Source: Candidatus Nomurabacteria bacterium
Lineage (GTDB): Bacteria; Patescibacteriota; Minisyncoccia; Phycocordibacterales; UBA9973
Length of the DNA: 41,718 nucleotides
Reading direction: 5' to 3'
Assembly (NCBI GenBank): GCA_023898605.1
Contig: CP060230.1
Location: 197,944-239,661, forward strand
The translations under genes were made by a program, and so were the position numbers. Below are positions 32,882-40,947 of this stretch, one piece after another; the first letter of the stretch is position 1, and each line of letters begins with the position of its first letter. The notes under the pieces were generated by a model. That model was not told the origin of the DNA. It did no database searches and saw nothing but the letters and a program-made list of their open reading frames with translations.

Positions 32882-33649
32882 CTATTTAATTAATTTATCT
32901 TTTGTAACTCTAGGTATTAACAAGAATGTTTTAGATTTTCTGTTATAGGACTTTATTTCTCTTGCCTTTATGTGAGTATTTCTTTCTAGAAACTCGTTGA
33001 ATGATTTGTACTCCCCAGTTCCTTTTATATCCATATCGTATAACTTCCAATCATCTAAACAAACAATAGCTGGTTCCGTTATCATTGGAACCAAGAAATC
33101 AAGGACAGTTTTTGAAGAACTATAAGTGTCACAGTCAATAAAAATAATTCCAATATTTCCTATGTCGTGTCTCTGTATTATTTCATCATTAAGAGTTTCG
33201 TTATACCAACCCTTTATCCAAGTTACTTCATCAGGATTCACATCTCTTCTTTTTAGACAATCCTGCATCTTCTCAAAAGAGCATACATAAAAACCTTTTT
33301 GTAAAACATCGTGCTCTTCATCAGTTCCTGATGGTAGTCCTTGAAATGAGTCAAACCCAAAAAATCTCATATTGTTCAAACCCAACTTTTTTGCCGTCAA
33401 ATATGCACTCCCTAAAGAAGAACCGTTAAAAACACCAAACTCAAAGTAATCCCCGATGTCCTCACCTTTTATTGCTTGTAATCTTTTAATGCAACTCTCA
33501 AAGAAAATTTTTAAGGTTTCTGGTGGAACAAGGTTTATTTTGCAAATATCATCAATGTGTCCTTTTGTCCAAGGTGAACCAGGAACAGGATTGAACTTTC
33601 TATACAATTTTTTTAAAGCCCTCGTCAGCTTTGAATATCTATAACTCAT
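32882..33649 (-). CDS. Class I SAM-dependent methyltransferase, TylF/MycF-like (Methyltransf_24-type)
   Basis: 'YFEFGVFNGSSLGSAY', 'FFGFDSFQGLP' and 'IIFIDCDTYSSSKTVLDFL' resemble macrocin-O-methyltransferase-family motifs. The likely start is ATG 33649 (MSYRYSKL). Confidence 0.65.
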   Translation of the reverse strand: MSYRYSKLTRALKKLYRKFNPVPGSPWTKGHIDDICKINLVPPETLKIFFESCIKRLQAIKGEDIGDYFEFGVFNGSSLGSAYLTAKKLGLNNMRFFGFDSFQGLPSGTDEEHDVLQKGFYVCSFEKMQDCLKRRDVNPDEVTWIKGWYNETLNDEIIQRHDIGNIGIIFIDCDTYSSSKTVLDFLVPMITEPAIVCLDDWKLYDMDIKGTGEYKSFNEFLERNTHIKAREIKSYNRKSKTFLLIPRVTKDKLIK

Positions 33650-33731
33650 ATTCAGTATAATATGACAAAAAGTTCTACCTTCCAAGACACCTGCTTGAAA
33701 ATATATTGAAAAACAAAGCTAAAATAATTTG

Positions 33732-33802
33732 CTGCCCGGCAAGGACTCGAACCTCGATACCTTGGACCAAAACCAAGTGTCCTACCATTAGACGACCGGG
33801 CA
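33732..33802 (-). tRNA. tRNA-Gln (anticodon UUG)
   Basis: Hand-folded. Acceptor TGCCCGG/CCGGGCA, D-arm GTCT/GGAC, anticodon stem CTTGG/CCAAG with loop TTTTGGT, and T-arm CGAGG-TTCGAGT-CCTTG. Discriminator is G. Confidence 0.9.
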
Positions 33803-33811
33803 ATATTTATT

Positions 33812-33877
33812 TTGCCCGTCGACTAGACGCCTGTCCGCCCCTGACTACCATCAGGCAGGTTTGGCGGAACCGGGCAA
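33812..33877. other. GC-rich, highly self-complementary 66-nt element next to tRNA-Gln (possible small structured RNA or tRNA-derived remnant)
   Basis: The ends ttgcccg/cgggcaa pair. Internal pairs are tccgcc/ggcgga and cctga/tcagg (minus-strand reading). It is much more G+C-rich than its flanks. Short matches to the tRNA-Gln 5' half (TTGCCCGGT; TGATGGTAG vs TAATGGTAG). Confidence 0.3.
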
Positions 33878-33942
33878 TAACAAAGGCAATACTAACAGAA
33901 AAAGCTATATTTTTCCAGTCCTTACCAAAGTAATCAGCAATT

Positions 33943-33969
33943 AAAAAGCCGGTGTAACCCACCGGCTTT
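33943..33969 (-). terminator. Rho-independent terminator of the sigma-factor gene
   Basis: Minus strand: aagccggtg-ggtta-caccggctt followed by ttttt. It overlaps the stop at 33968. Confidence 0.7.
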
Positions 33970-34846
33970 ACTGTGCAAGAAACTTTTTTAGAAGATCGCT
34001 TCGACCACGAATCCTTAGTCTCGTAATGGCGTTGTCTTTGATCTGACGCACCCTTTCTTTAGTGACTCCAATACTATCCCCAATCTCATCAAAATAATAA
34101 GATCTTGAAAAGCCTATCCCGAAAAACATTTTTAGGACAGTTTTTTCTCTTTCAGTAAGCACCGAAAGAACGTTTTCAACTTCGGCAGAAAGAGACTCTG
34201 TATAATCAACTTCTCTATCTGGAGGAGGAGAATTGTCAGCAACGAGTTCGCCAAGTTCTGAAGCGTCTGGATTTGACTCGTCAACGGTAGCATTTAGTGA
34301 AACGGACTTGAGAGAAACACTCATGGTCAGCTTGATTTCTTCAAGTCCCAAACCAACCATGGCATCTTCCAACTCTTCCATTGTCGGCTCACGCTCATAT
34401 CTTTGTTCCAATTCACTGAAAGCCTTGTTGATTTTGGAAATATTGCCGACCTTATTGAGTGGCAATCTCACAATCCTTGAATTTTCTGCCAAAGCTTGGG
34501 TTATTGCCTGCCTGATCCACCAAACAGCGTAAGAGATAAACTTGAAACCTTTGGTTTCGTCAAATTTCCACGCGGCCCTAGTAAGACCAATGTTTCCCTC
34601 GTTGATAAGATCGTTGAGAGAAAATCCAGCATGTTGGTATTGTTTTGCAACAGAAACAACAAACCGAAGATTTGCTTTGGCCAACCTTTCGACAGCTTCA
34701 GGATCTTTATTTTCCCTGATACGTTTTGCAAGCTCAACCTCTTCTTCTGGTGTAAGTAGATCGATTCTTGAAATCTCTTGAAGGTATTTCTCAAGAGACT
34801 CACTTTCTCGATTGGTGATCTTTTTTGTTATTTTCAATTGTCTCAT
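33968..34846 (-). CDS. rpoD: RNA polymerase sigma-70 family factor (RpoD/SigA-like, short form)
   Basis: Region 2 'DLINEGNIGLTRAAWKFDETKGFKFISYAVWWIRQAI', region 3, and region 4 'IGDSIGVTKERVRQIKDNAITRLR'. The likely start is ATG 34846 (MRQLKITKK). Confidence 0.85.
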   Translation of the reverse strand: MRQLKITKKITNRESESLEKYLQEISRIDLLTPEEEVELAKRIRENKDPEAVERLAKANLRFVVSVAKQYQHAGFSLNDLINEGNIGLTRAAWKFDETKGFKFISYAVWWIRQAITQALAENSRIVRLPLNKVGNISKINKAFSELEQRYEREPTMEELEDAMVGLGLEEIKLTMSVSLKSVSLNATVDESNPDASELGELVADNSPPPDREVDYTESLSAEVENVLSVLTEREKTVLKMFFGIGFSRSYYFDEIGDSIGVTKERVRQIKDNAITRLRIRGRSDLLKKFLAQ

Positions 34847-34900
34847 GAGGAACTGTTTATTTACTAAAAATTTAATATCAAAAGGCACAAAAGTCAAATA

Positions 34901-34909
34901 TGGTATAAT
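34901..34909 (+). promoter_or_regulatory. Extended -10 element TGGTATAAT, 7 nt upstream of ATG 34917
   Basis: Consensus read directly. No SD. Confidence 0.45.
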
Positions 34910-34916
34910 TCACGAT

Positions 34917-35480
34917 ATGAAAAAATTTATTTTGGTGCATCGTTGGAGTGGCGGACCAGAAGACGACTGGAGGCCTTGGCTCAAAACAGAGTTAGAAAAC
35001 TTGGGGTGCGAAGTTCTCGTGCCAGAGATGCCAGAGACTGATACTCCCAGAATAGATGCTTGGGTTTCGCACTTGGAAAATATATCTGGAGAAAATCTAG
35101 AAGATACCTATTTTGTCGGACATAGTATAGGAGGACAAGCGATCATGAGGATGATAGAAAAATCTGACAAAAAAGTTGGTGGAGCGTTTTTTGTTTCTGG
35201 TTGGTTCAATCTCGAGAACTTGGAAGACGAAGAGGTAGCAGAAATTGCAAAGCCGTGGATAGAAACACCGATAGATACAAGTAAACTAAAAGAACTTATT
35301 CCTCATACTTCTCTTGTTATTTCTGACAATGATCCATTTGGATATTTCGAATATAACAAAGAAAAGTTTTCTGAAATTGGCGCAAACATAGTGGTTCTAC
35401 ACAATGCTGGTCATATAACCGAAGACGATGGATACAAAGAACTACCAGAGTTATTAGAAGAAATAAAAAAGATTTTATAA
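34917..35480 (+). CDS. Serine hydrolase, RBBP9/YdeN-like alpha/beta fold
   Basis: 'ILVHRWSGGPEDDWRPWL', nucleophile elbow 'GHSIGG', late 'DNDP' and 'NAGH'. The likely start is ATG 34917 (MKKFILVH). Confidence 0.7.
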   Translation: MKKFILVHRWSGGPEDDWRPWLKTELENLGCEVLVPEMPETDTPRIDAWVSHLENISGENLEDTYFVGHSIGGQAIMRMIEKSDKKVGGAFFVSGWFNLENLEDEEVAEIAKPWIETPIDTSKLKELIPHTSLVISDNDPFGYFEYNKEKFSEIGANIVVLHNAGHITEDDGYKELPELLEEIKKIL

Positions 35481-35483
35481 AAT

Positions 35484-36050
35484 ATGAAAAACGCGATTAT
35501 ATTATACGGGATGCCAAGCAAAGAGGGTCATTACAATCCGTCATATCCATCAAACTCAAACGCACATTTTGTACCATGGATACAAAGACAACTTATTTTG
35601 AAAGACATCTTGACTCAAACACCAGAAATGCCAGTCCCCTACAATCCAGAATATAGTTCTTGGAAAGAAACTCTAGAATACTTCCCTATAAACGAAGAAA
35701 CGATACTAGTAGGACACTCTTGTGGTGGCGGGATGATACTGCGATACCTTTCGGAAAATGACATAAAAGTTGGCAAGGTTGTACTTGTCGCGCCATGGAT
35801 TGATCCAAATAAGAGTTATCTCAAAACTGGAATGTTTGATTTTGAAATAGACAAAAACATTTTGGACAAAGTAGAGAGTCTAGATATCATGTATTCACTA
35901 GATGACGAAGAAGATGTTTTGGAAACAATAAAAATCCTCAAAGACCGCATTCCAGGCGCGAACTATCACGAATTCACCGACAAGGGTCACTTCTGTGAAG
36001 AAGATATAGGTCTAGAGTTTCCAGAACTCAAGAAGATTCTACTCGACTAA
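35484..36050 (+). CDS. Serine hydrolase, RBBP9/YdeN-like alpha/beta fold (tandem paralogue)
   Basis: 'ILYGMPS', 'WIQRQL', nucleophile elbow 'GHSCGG' and 'DKGHF'. It starts 3 nt after the previous gene. Confidence 0.65.
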   Translation: MKNAIILYGMPSKEGHYNPSYPSNSNAHFVPWIQRQLILKDILTQTPEMPVPYNPEYSSWKETLEYFPINEETILVGHSCGGGMILRYLSENDIKVGKVVLVAPWIDPNKSYLKTGMFDFEIDKNILDKVESLDIMYSLDDEEDVLETIKILKDRIPGANYHEFTDKGHFCEEDIGLEFPELKKILLD

Positions 36051-37084
36051 GAAGTAGCTTCGCTACAAATCTCTAGTATTGCAATCTCTAGTGGAAGAGA
36101 TGGTACAGGTGCGTATCTTATATCGTGAAGTGTTCCGATAAGTTTTGCGAGAGACGATGAAGTTATAGTTTTTGATTTTGCACTACCGATAGACATAAGA
36201 AAATCTATGTCTTCTTTACTGTATGAGTCGGCAAAGTCGGCTAGAAGTTTTGGTGCGTATCTTGCGATAAGAGCCAGTCTAAACTCTGCAATAAAAAGTC
36301 TGTAAAATATCTCTACATCTCGCCCCATCTTGGATTCTTCTCTTATTATAGAAAGCGCGTCTTCTACTCTAGATTCTGAAATAGCACTCAACATATTTCT
36401 TATAGAAATCTTTTTCGGTGCTCCGGTTATTTCTGCAACGTGATCAAAGTTTATCTTTTTCTCATCTGTAGAAATAAGAACTTTCTGCAGGTTGGACAAT
36501 GTATCTCGAAAAGACCCGTCTCCTAGAAACGCGATTAGTTCTGCGGCATCTTTGTCGATAGAAACTTTTTCTTTTTTGGAAACAGAAGTTACAAGTTCTT
36601 CTAGCACAGCTTCACCTGGCTTTTTGAAATCATAAGTAACGCAACGAGAAACTATAGTTTCTGGTATCTTTTCAAACTCTGTCGTTGCCAGAACAAAGAA
36701 CGCGTATGCTGGTGGTTCTTCTATAGTTTTCAAAAGTGCGTTGAACGCATCTTTGCTGAGCATGTGCACTTCGTCGATTATGTATATCTTGTAGTCAGAA
36801 GCAAATGGTACAGAAGAAACACTTTCTTTGATACTTCTTATATCGTCTATACCTCTGTTTGAGGCAGCGTCTATCTCGTATATATCTTCTTTTTTTATTC
36901 CTAGTTCTGTCGCAAGTATTCTAGCAACACTAGTTTTTCCTGTTCCCCTTCCTCCAGAAAATATAAAGGCATGAGGCAAATCTCCGCTCTTGATAGCGAC
37001 TTCGAGGCCTTTGACTATATGATCTTGACCTATAACGTCGGCAAATTTTAGAGGTCTATATTTACGATAAAGCACTTCTTGCAT
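36047..37084 (-). CDS. dnaX: DNA polymerase III gamma/tau-like clamp-loader ATPase (short, 345 aa)
   Basis: 'YRKYRPLKFADVIGQ', Walker A 'GGRGTGKTS', Walker B 'IIDEVHML', and the 'SRC' motif ('IVSRCVTYDF'). Confidence 0.85.
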   Translation of the reverse strand: MQEVLYRKYRPLKFADVIGQDHIVKGLEVAIKSGDLPHAFIFSGGRGTGKTSVARILATELGIKKEDIYEIDAASNRGIDDIRSIKESVSSVPFASDYKIYIIDEVHMLSKDAFNALLKTIEEPPAYAFFVLATTEFEKIPETIVSRCVTYDFKKPGEAVLEELVTSVSKKEKVSIDKDAAELIAFLGDGSFRDTLSNLQKVLISTDEKKINFDHVAEITGAPKKISIRNMLSAISESRVEDALSIIREESKMGRDVEIFYRLFIAEFRLALIARYAPKLLADFADSYSKEDIDFLMSIGSAKSKTITSSSLAKLIGTLHDIRYAPVPSLPLEIAILEICSEATS

Positions 37085-37127
37085 TAGAGGATTATAACCT
37101 GTTTTTACCCTTTTTCAAAAAATAAAA

Positions 37128-37150
37128 AATCCGACCATGACGGCCGGATT
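37128..37150 (-). terminator. Hairpin terminator after the 164-aa gene
   Basis: Minus strand: aatccggcc-gtcat-ggtcggatt (one mismatch) followed by a T-run. Confidence 0.5.
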
Positions 37151-37644
37151 TAGGACTTGAGGAGAGGTATTGGTGGTATGTTGTTCACCCAAACTTTTTT
37201 CTCTTCATCAAACTCTTGCACCCTCATAAACTCGCAAGACATAAGTCTTTGGAGAGTCATGAGGTTTCTGATCGTCACCACATCTTCCAATTTGTCTGGA
37301 ACAGGAAGATTGATAACAAAATCAGATTTGCGCAAAGAAAGTGAAGTATTGATGACTCTGGTAGAGAGTTCACGTCTGAGTGGAAACCATCTTTCTTGTG
37401 CGAGACTTACTCGAACAATGTTTTTGGTTTCGAGAAACACGCTGTGAACCCTGATCCCAAAAGCTTTGGTATTTTGGGCAACACTTTTTACCTTGTGCAC
37501 CAACTCTTTCTCCTCCACATCAGTCAATGTAACTGACGGGATAAGAGTGACAGTGCCTACAGGTAAACCTTTCTCCTTAAAAATTTTTTCCAGCTCCTCT
37601 TGAGGGTAGCCGGAAATGAGTGCGACTACGCGGAGCTTTTTCAT
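37150..37644 (-). CDS. Hypothetical protein (164 aa)
   Basis: ORF in an operon with dus. No convincing motif. A faint 2H-phosphoesterase-like layout lacks the HxT/S histidines. Confidence 0.45.
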   Translation of the reverse strand: MKKLRVVALISGYPQEELEKIFKEKGLPVGTVTLIPSVTLTDVEEKELVHKVKSVAQNTKAFGIRVHSVFLETKNIVRVSLAQERWFPLRRELSTRVINTSLSLRKSDFVINLPVPDKLEDVVTIRNLMTLQRLMSCEFMRVQEFDEEKKVWVNNIPPIPLLKS

Positions 37645-37668
37645 GTGATGGAGCTTTATTTGCCCTAT

Positions 37669-38766
37669 TTATAACACAGTAGTACCTAAATGCAAAGTTT
37701 CGATATAGTCCTTGACAACACTCTCTACATCTTGCGAATTTTGGCATTCCATAAGTTTGATGCGGAGTTCTTTTGCTCCGTTCATACCAGACGTATATGC
37801 TTTGAAGTGTTTCTTCATATGATCAAAGCTTTTTACCTTTGTAAGTTTTTGTTCAAATAGTTTTGAGTGCTCTACAAGAACAGTTAGTCTTTCTTCGTCA
37901 GAAACAGACGATATCGTGTATTTGTCTTCACCTTGGATTTTTCTAACCCAAGATCTTGGTAACAAACTTTGAAACGGTATTGTTGTATATCTACCTTTCT
38001 TTTTTATATTTCTATTGGAATCAAATATCCAAGGGTTTCCAAACATGGCTCTACCTATCATCACCCCGTCACAACCAGAAAGTTTTATTTTTTCTTCAGC
38101 ATCAGAGAGTGATATGGCGTCACCGTTACCTATGATGAGTGTATCTTTTCCCATTTTGTCGCGAAGTTTTACGATTTGTTTTATGCGAGACCAATCAGCA
38201 GGAACTTTGGACATTTCTTTTCTAGTTCTTGCATGAACAGTAAGAGCGGGCAAATCTAACTCCAGAAGATTCTTGATCCATGTATCTATCTCTACTTTGT
38301 TATAACCAACACGAGTCTTTACAGAGATAGGGATATTTGGAGCGCCCTCTCTTGCTGCCATGACTACCGACTTGGCAATTTCAAAATCCTTGATCATCGC
38401 TGCGCCACTACCACTTTTCTCAATCGCCTTATCTGGACAACCCATGTTTATATCGATCCCATCGAATCCCAAGTCTTGGCATATCTTCGCAGCTTTTCGC
38501 ATAAATTCTGGTCTAGACGAGAAAAGCTGCGCCACGATTGGCCTCTCGACTTCCCCAAAAGAAAGGTCGATAAGTAGATTCTCTCTACCTTCTGAAACTA
38601 GTCCGTCAGCAGAAGTAAACTCTGTCCAAAAAACATCTGGACCACCGCCAGACTCACCCTTTCTAGAATACTTGGCGATTATTTCTCGAAACGCTGGGTC
38701 AGTAACGTTTGCCATAGGTGCCAAGCAAAAAAAAGGCTTATTTAGTTTTTTCCAAAAATTATTCAC
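37669..38766 (-). CDS. dus: tRNA-dihydrouridine synthase
   Basis: 'LAPMANVTDPAFREI', 'DGIDINMGCPDK', 'VHARTR'. TIM-barrel FMN enzyme pattern. Confidence 0.9.
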   Translation of the reverse strand: MNNFWKKLNKPFFCLAPMANVTDPAFREIIAKYSRKGESGGGPDVFWTEFTSADGLVSEGRENLLIDLSFGEVERPIVAQLFSSRPEFMRKAAKICQDLGFDGIDINMGCPDKAIEKSGSGAAMIKDFEIAKSVVMAAREGAPNIPISVKTRVGYNKVEIDTWIKNLLELDLPALTVHARTRKEMSKVPADWSRIKQIVKLRDKMGKDTLIIGNGDAISLSDAEEKIKLSGCDGVMIGRAMFGNPWIFDSNRNIKKKGRYTTIPFQSLLPRSWVRKIQGEDKYTISSVSDEERLTVLVEHSKLFEQKLTKVKSFDHMKKHFKAYTSGMNGAKELRIKLMECQNSQDVESVVKDYIETLHLGTTVL

Positions 38767-38772
38767 AAGTGA

Positions 38773-39627
38773 TTATCTAAACTTATAGTAAACTTTGTCA
38801 TCAAACCTTATATCAAGATATTCAAGATTTGCAAAGTATTCTTTTTTCGAAGAAGAAAGTGGTTCTGTGCCAAGTGCAGAAGATAGCGCTTCTAGTCTAT
38901 CTTCCCAACCACCGTCGTATGCAAAATACATATTTGAAAAATTATCATAATACGAGAACACTAGCTCTGCTTGTTTCTCATCCCCAAAACTTATTCTTCT
39001 AGACTTGAGCCCAAGTGTATCGAAAACTATTATATGTTTTTTGATTATTTCAAAATCTTCTTCTCCTAGAACAAAGTCCCCTATTCCTTTCTCTATTTTT
39101 TCTGTAGTTTTACTTGAATCAAGGATAATAAAAACAGAACCTATTATAGTCGGAGCTTCTTCATATATATAACCTTCTTCGGAAGTATAGAAACACTCTT
39201 CCATATCTTCTTCTAGAGAGTTACACCAAACAAAAAGTGGATCGTATTCCAAAACAGATATGACTAACTTTCCTCCTCTTTTTTTGAATTCTATTTCTTG
39301 TATTTTTGTAAACTCTACAGACAGCCTGTCTTCTATCTTGTTTTTGGGTAGAAGAAACTTGGAATCTCCCGGCAAGATACCTAGAAGCATTCTTTCTTCT
39401 AGAATTTTTTCTGTTTCTTGTTTCAAGAGATTCGCATCTATAGAACCGGAGTCTTTGATCTCGACGGATTTGATTCTAGCGAAATCTTGGTTGAGTAGCA
39501 CTAGAAGACCAACAAAAAGCACAAGAAACAAAAAAGAAAACAAAATATTCTTGTTTCTTTTTTGAAGTTTCTTTTTTCTCCTTATCTTTTGGATGTGCGG
39601 AGTTTCTATTGATTTCCTTTTTGACAT
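38773..39627 (-). CDS. FtsQ/DivIB-like cell division protein (TM + POTRA)
   Basis: Basic N-terminus and one TM (ILFSFLFLVLFVGLLVLL). POTRA-like 'IKSVEIKDSGSIDANLL...FTKIQEIEFKKRGGKLVISVLEYDPLFVW'. Confidence 0.6.
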   Translation of the reverse strand: MSKRKSIETPHIQKIRRKKKLQKRNKNILFSFLFLVLFVGLLVLLNQDFARIKSVEIKDSGSIDANLLKQETEKILEERMLLGILPGDSKFLLPKNKIEDRLSVEFTKIQEIEFKKRGGKLVISVLEYDPLFVWCNSLEEDMEECFYTSEEGYIYEEAPTIIGSVFIILDSSKTTEKIEKGIGDFVLGEEDFEIIKKHIIVFDTLGLKSRRISFGDEKQAELVFSYYDNFSNMYFAYDGGWEDRLEALSSALGTEPLSSSKKEYFANLEYLDIRFDDKVYYKFR

Positions 39628-39641
39628 AACAAAAGGATTTA

Positions 39642-40907
39642 TTATCTTTCAATAAAATCTTTTCCTATGTATTTCTTGAGAACTTCTGGCACGCGGATTT
39701 TTCCGTCTTCTGTTTGATAGTTTTCTATGATTGCTGTGAGTATTCTAGGCGTTGCAACTGCTGTATTGTTGAGAGAGTGAACGTATCTATTTTTTCCTTC
39801 GTCGTCTTTGTATCGTATGTTTAGTCTTCTAGATTGGAAATCGTGGAAGTAAGAAGAAGAGTGAGTTTCTCTGTATTTATTTTGAGAAGGAACCCATACT
39901 TCTATATCGTATTTCTTTACTTGTCCTAGACCCAAGTCTCCACCACAGTTTATAACCACTCTATAATGAAGTCCGAAATCTTGGAGCATCTCTTCTGCGT
40001 TTTTTGTAAGTTCTTCGTGGAACTTTACACTTTCTTCATGTGATGCTTCACAGAGCACAACCTGCTCTAGTTTAAAAAACTCGTGAACTCTTATAAGACC
40101 CTTCACATCTTTTCCATGACTTCCTGCTTCTCTTCTGAAACATGGTGAGAAGGCTATCATTTTTTTTGGAAGTTCTGCTTTGTCCAAGATCTCGTTTCTA
40201 TAATACGCCATAGTTGCAACTTCTCCTGTTCCGGCCAGGTATTCTTCGTCTTGAGTTTTGTACAAGTCTTCTTCACCATTAGGAAGATAACCTGTTCCAT
40301 AAAGAGTTTCTTTGTTTACAAGAGACGGAACTATCATAGGAATGAATCCTTTGCTTACCATCTTTTCCATCATGTACTGCCAAATTGCAAAAGAAAGTGT
40401 TGCACCCTCGTTCTTCAAGAAATATCCTCTGAAGCCAGAAACTTTTGTTCCTCTTTCGAAGTCTGCAAGATCAAGAGACTCCATAAGTTCTATGTGGTCT
40501 TTTGGAGTAAATGAAAATGTTGGCTTCTCTCCTACTTGTTTTACTTCTTGATTGTCTTCGTCTGTATTTCCATCTGGAACAGAAACATCTGGAACGTTTG
40601 GAACCTCGAGCATAAGCTTCTGCCAAGACACCATAACGTCTTTGAGTTCTTCTTCGAGTGAAGAAAGTCTGGTTTTGACTTCTTTCATTTCTTCTATAAG
40701 TTTATTTCTTTTTTCTGGATCAGATTCTGAAGATATGGATTCAGACGCTTTGTTTTGTTCAGCCCTGAGAGGTTCTACCTGGCTTAGAAGATCTAGTCTT
40801 TTGTCATCAAGCGCCAAAAGCTCGTCCAAATCAACCTTGAACTTCTTTTTAGAAATGGCTTCTTTTACTACATCCTTGTTCTCTCTTATAAACTTTATAT
40901 CTAGCAT
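39642..40907 (-). CDS. serS: Serine--tRNA ligase
   Basis: N-terminal coiled-coil arm ('MLDIKFIRENKD') and class II core ('FRREAGS', 'RVHEFFKLEQ', 'LNNTAVATPR'). Confidence 0.95.
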   Translation of the reverse strand: MLDIKFIRENKDVVKEAISKKKFKVDLDELLALDDKRLDLLSQVEPLRAEQNKASESISSESDPEKRNKLIEEMKEVKTRLSSLEEELKDVMVSWQKLMLEVPNVPDVSVPDGNTDEDNQEVKQVGEKPTFSFTPKDHIELMESLDLADFERGTKVSGFRGYFLKNEGATLSFAIWQYMMEKMVSKGFIPMIVPSLVNKETLYGTGYLPNGEEDLYKTQDEEYLAGTGEVATMAYYRNEILDKAELPKKMIAFSPCFRREAGSHGKDVKGLIRVHEFFKLEQVVLCEASHEESVKFHEELTKNAEEMLQDFGLHYRVVINCGGDLGLGQVKKYDIEVWVPSQNKYRETHSSSYFHDFQSRRLNIRYKDDEGKNRYVHSLNNTAVATPRILTAIIENYQTEDGKIRVPEVLKKYIGKDFIER

Positions 40908-40947
40908 AAGTACTGCTCATTTTAGCAGTAAATGATAAAATCACAAA

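Noticed and set aside
33706-33933. 75-aa plus-strand ORF
   Set aside because: It is antisense translation of tRNA-Gln and the adjacent GC-rich structured element.
36565-36585. A6G run in dnaX, considered as a tau/gamma -1 frameshift site
   Set aside because: The A-run is in the wrong phase for an A AAA AAG slippery heptamer (the codons are TCC AAA AAA GAA). The protein is already a short gamma-like form.
37150-37644. 2',5'-RNA ligase / 2H-phosphoesterase assignment for the 164-aa protein
   Set aside because: The two HxT/S catalytic motifs are absent (PSVTLT has no His), so I left it as hypothetical.
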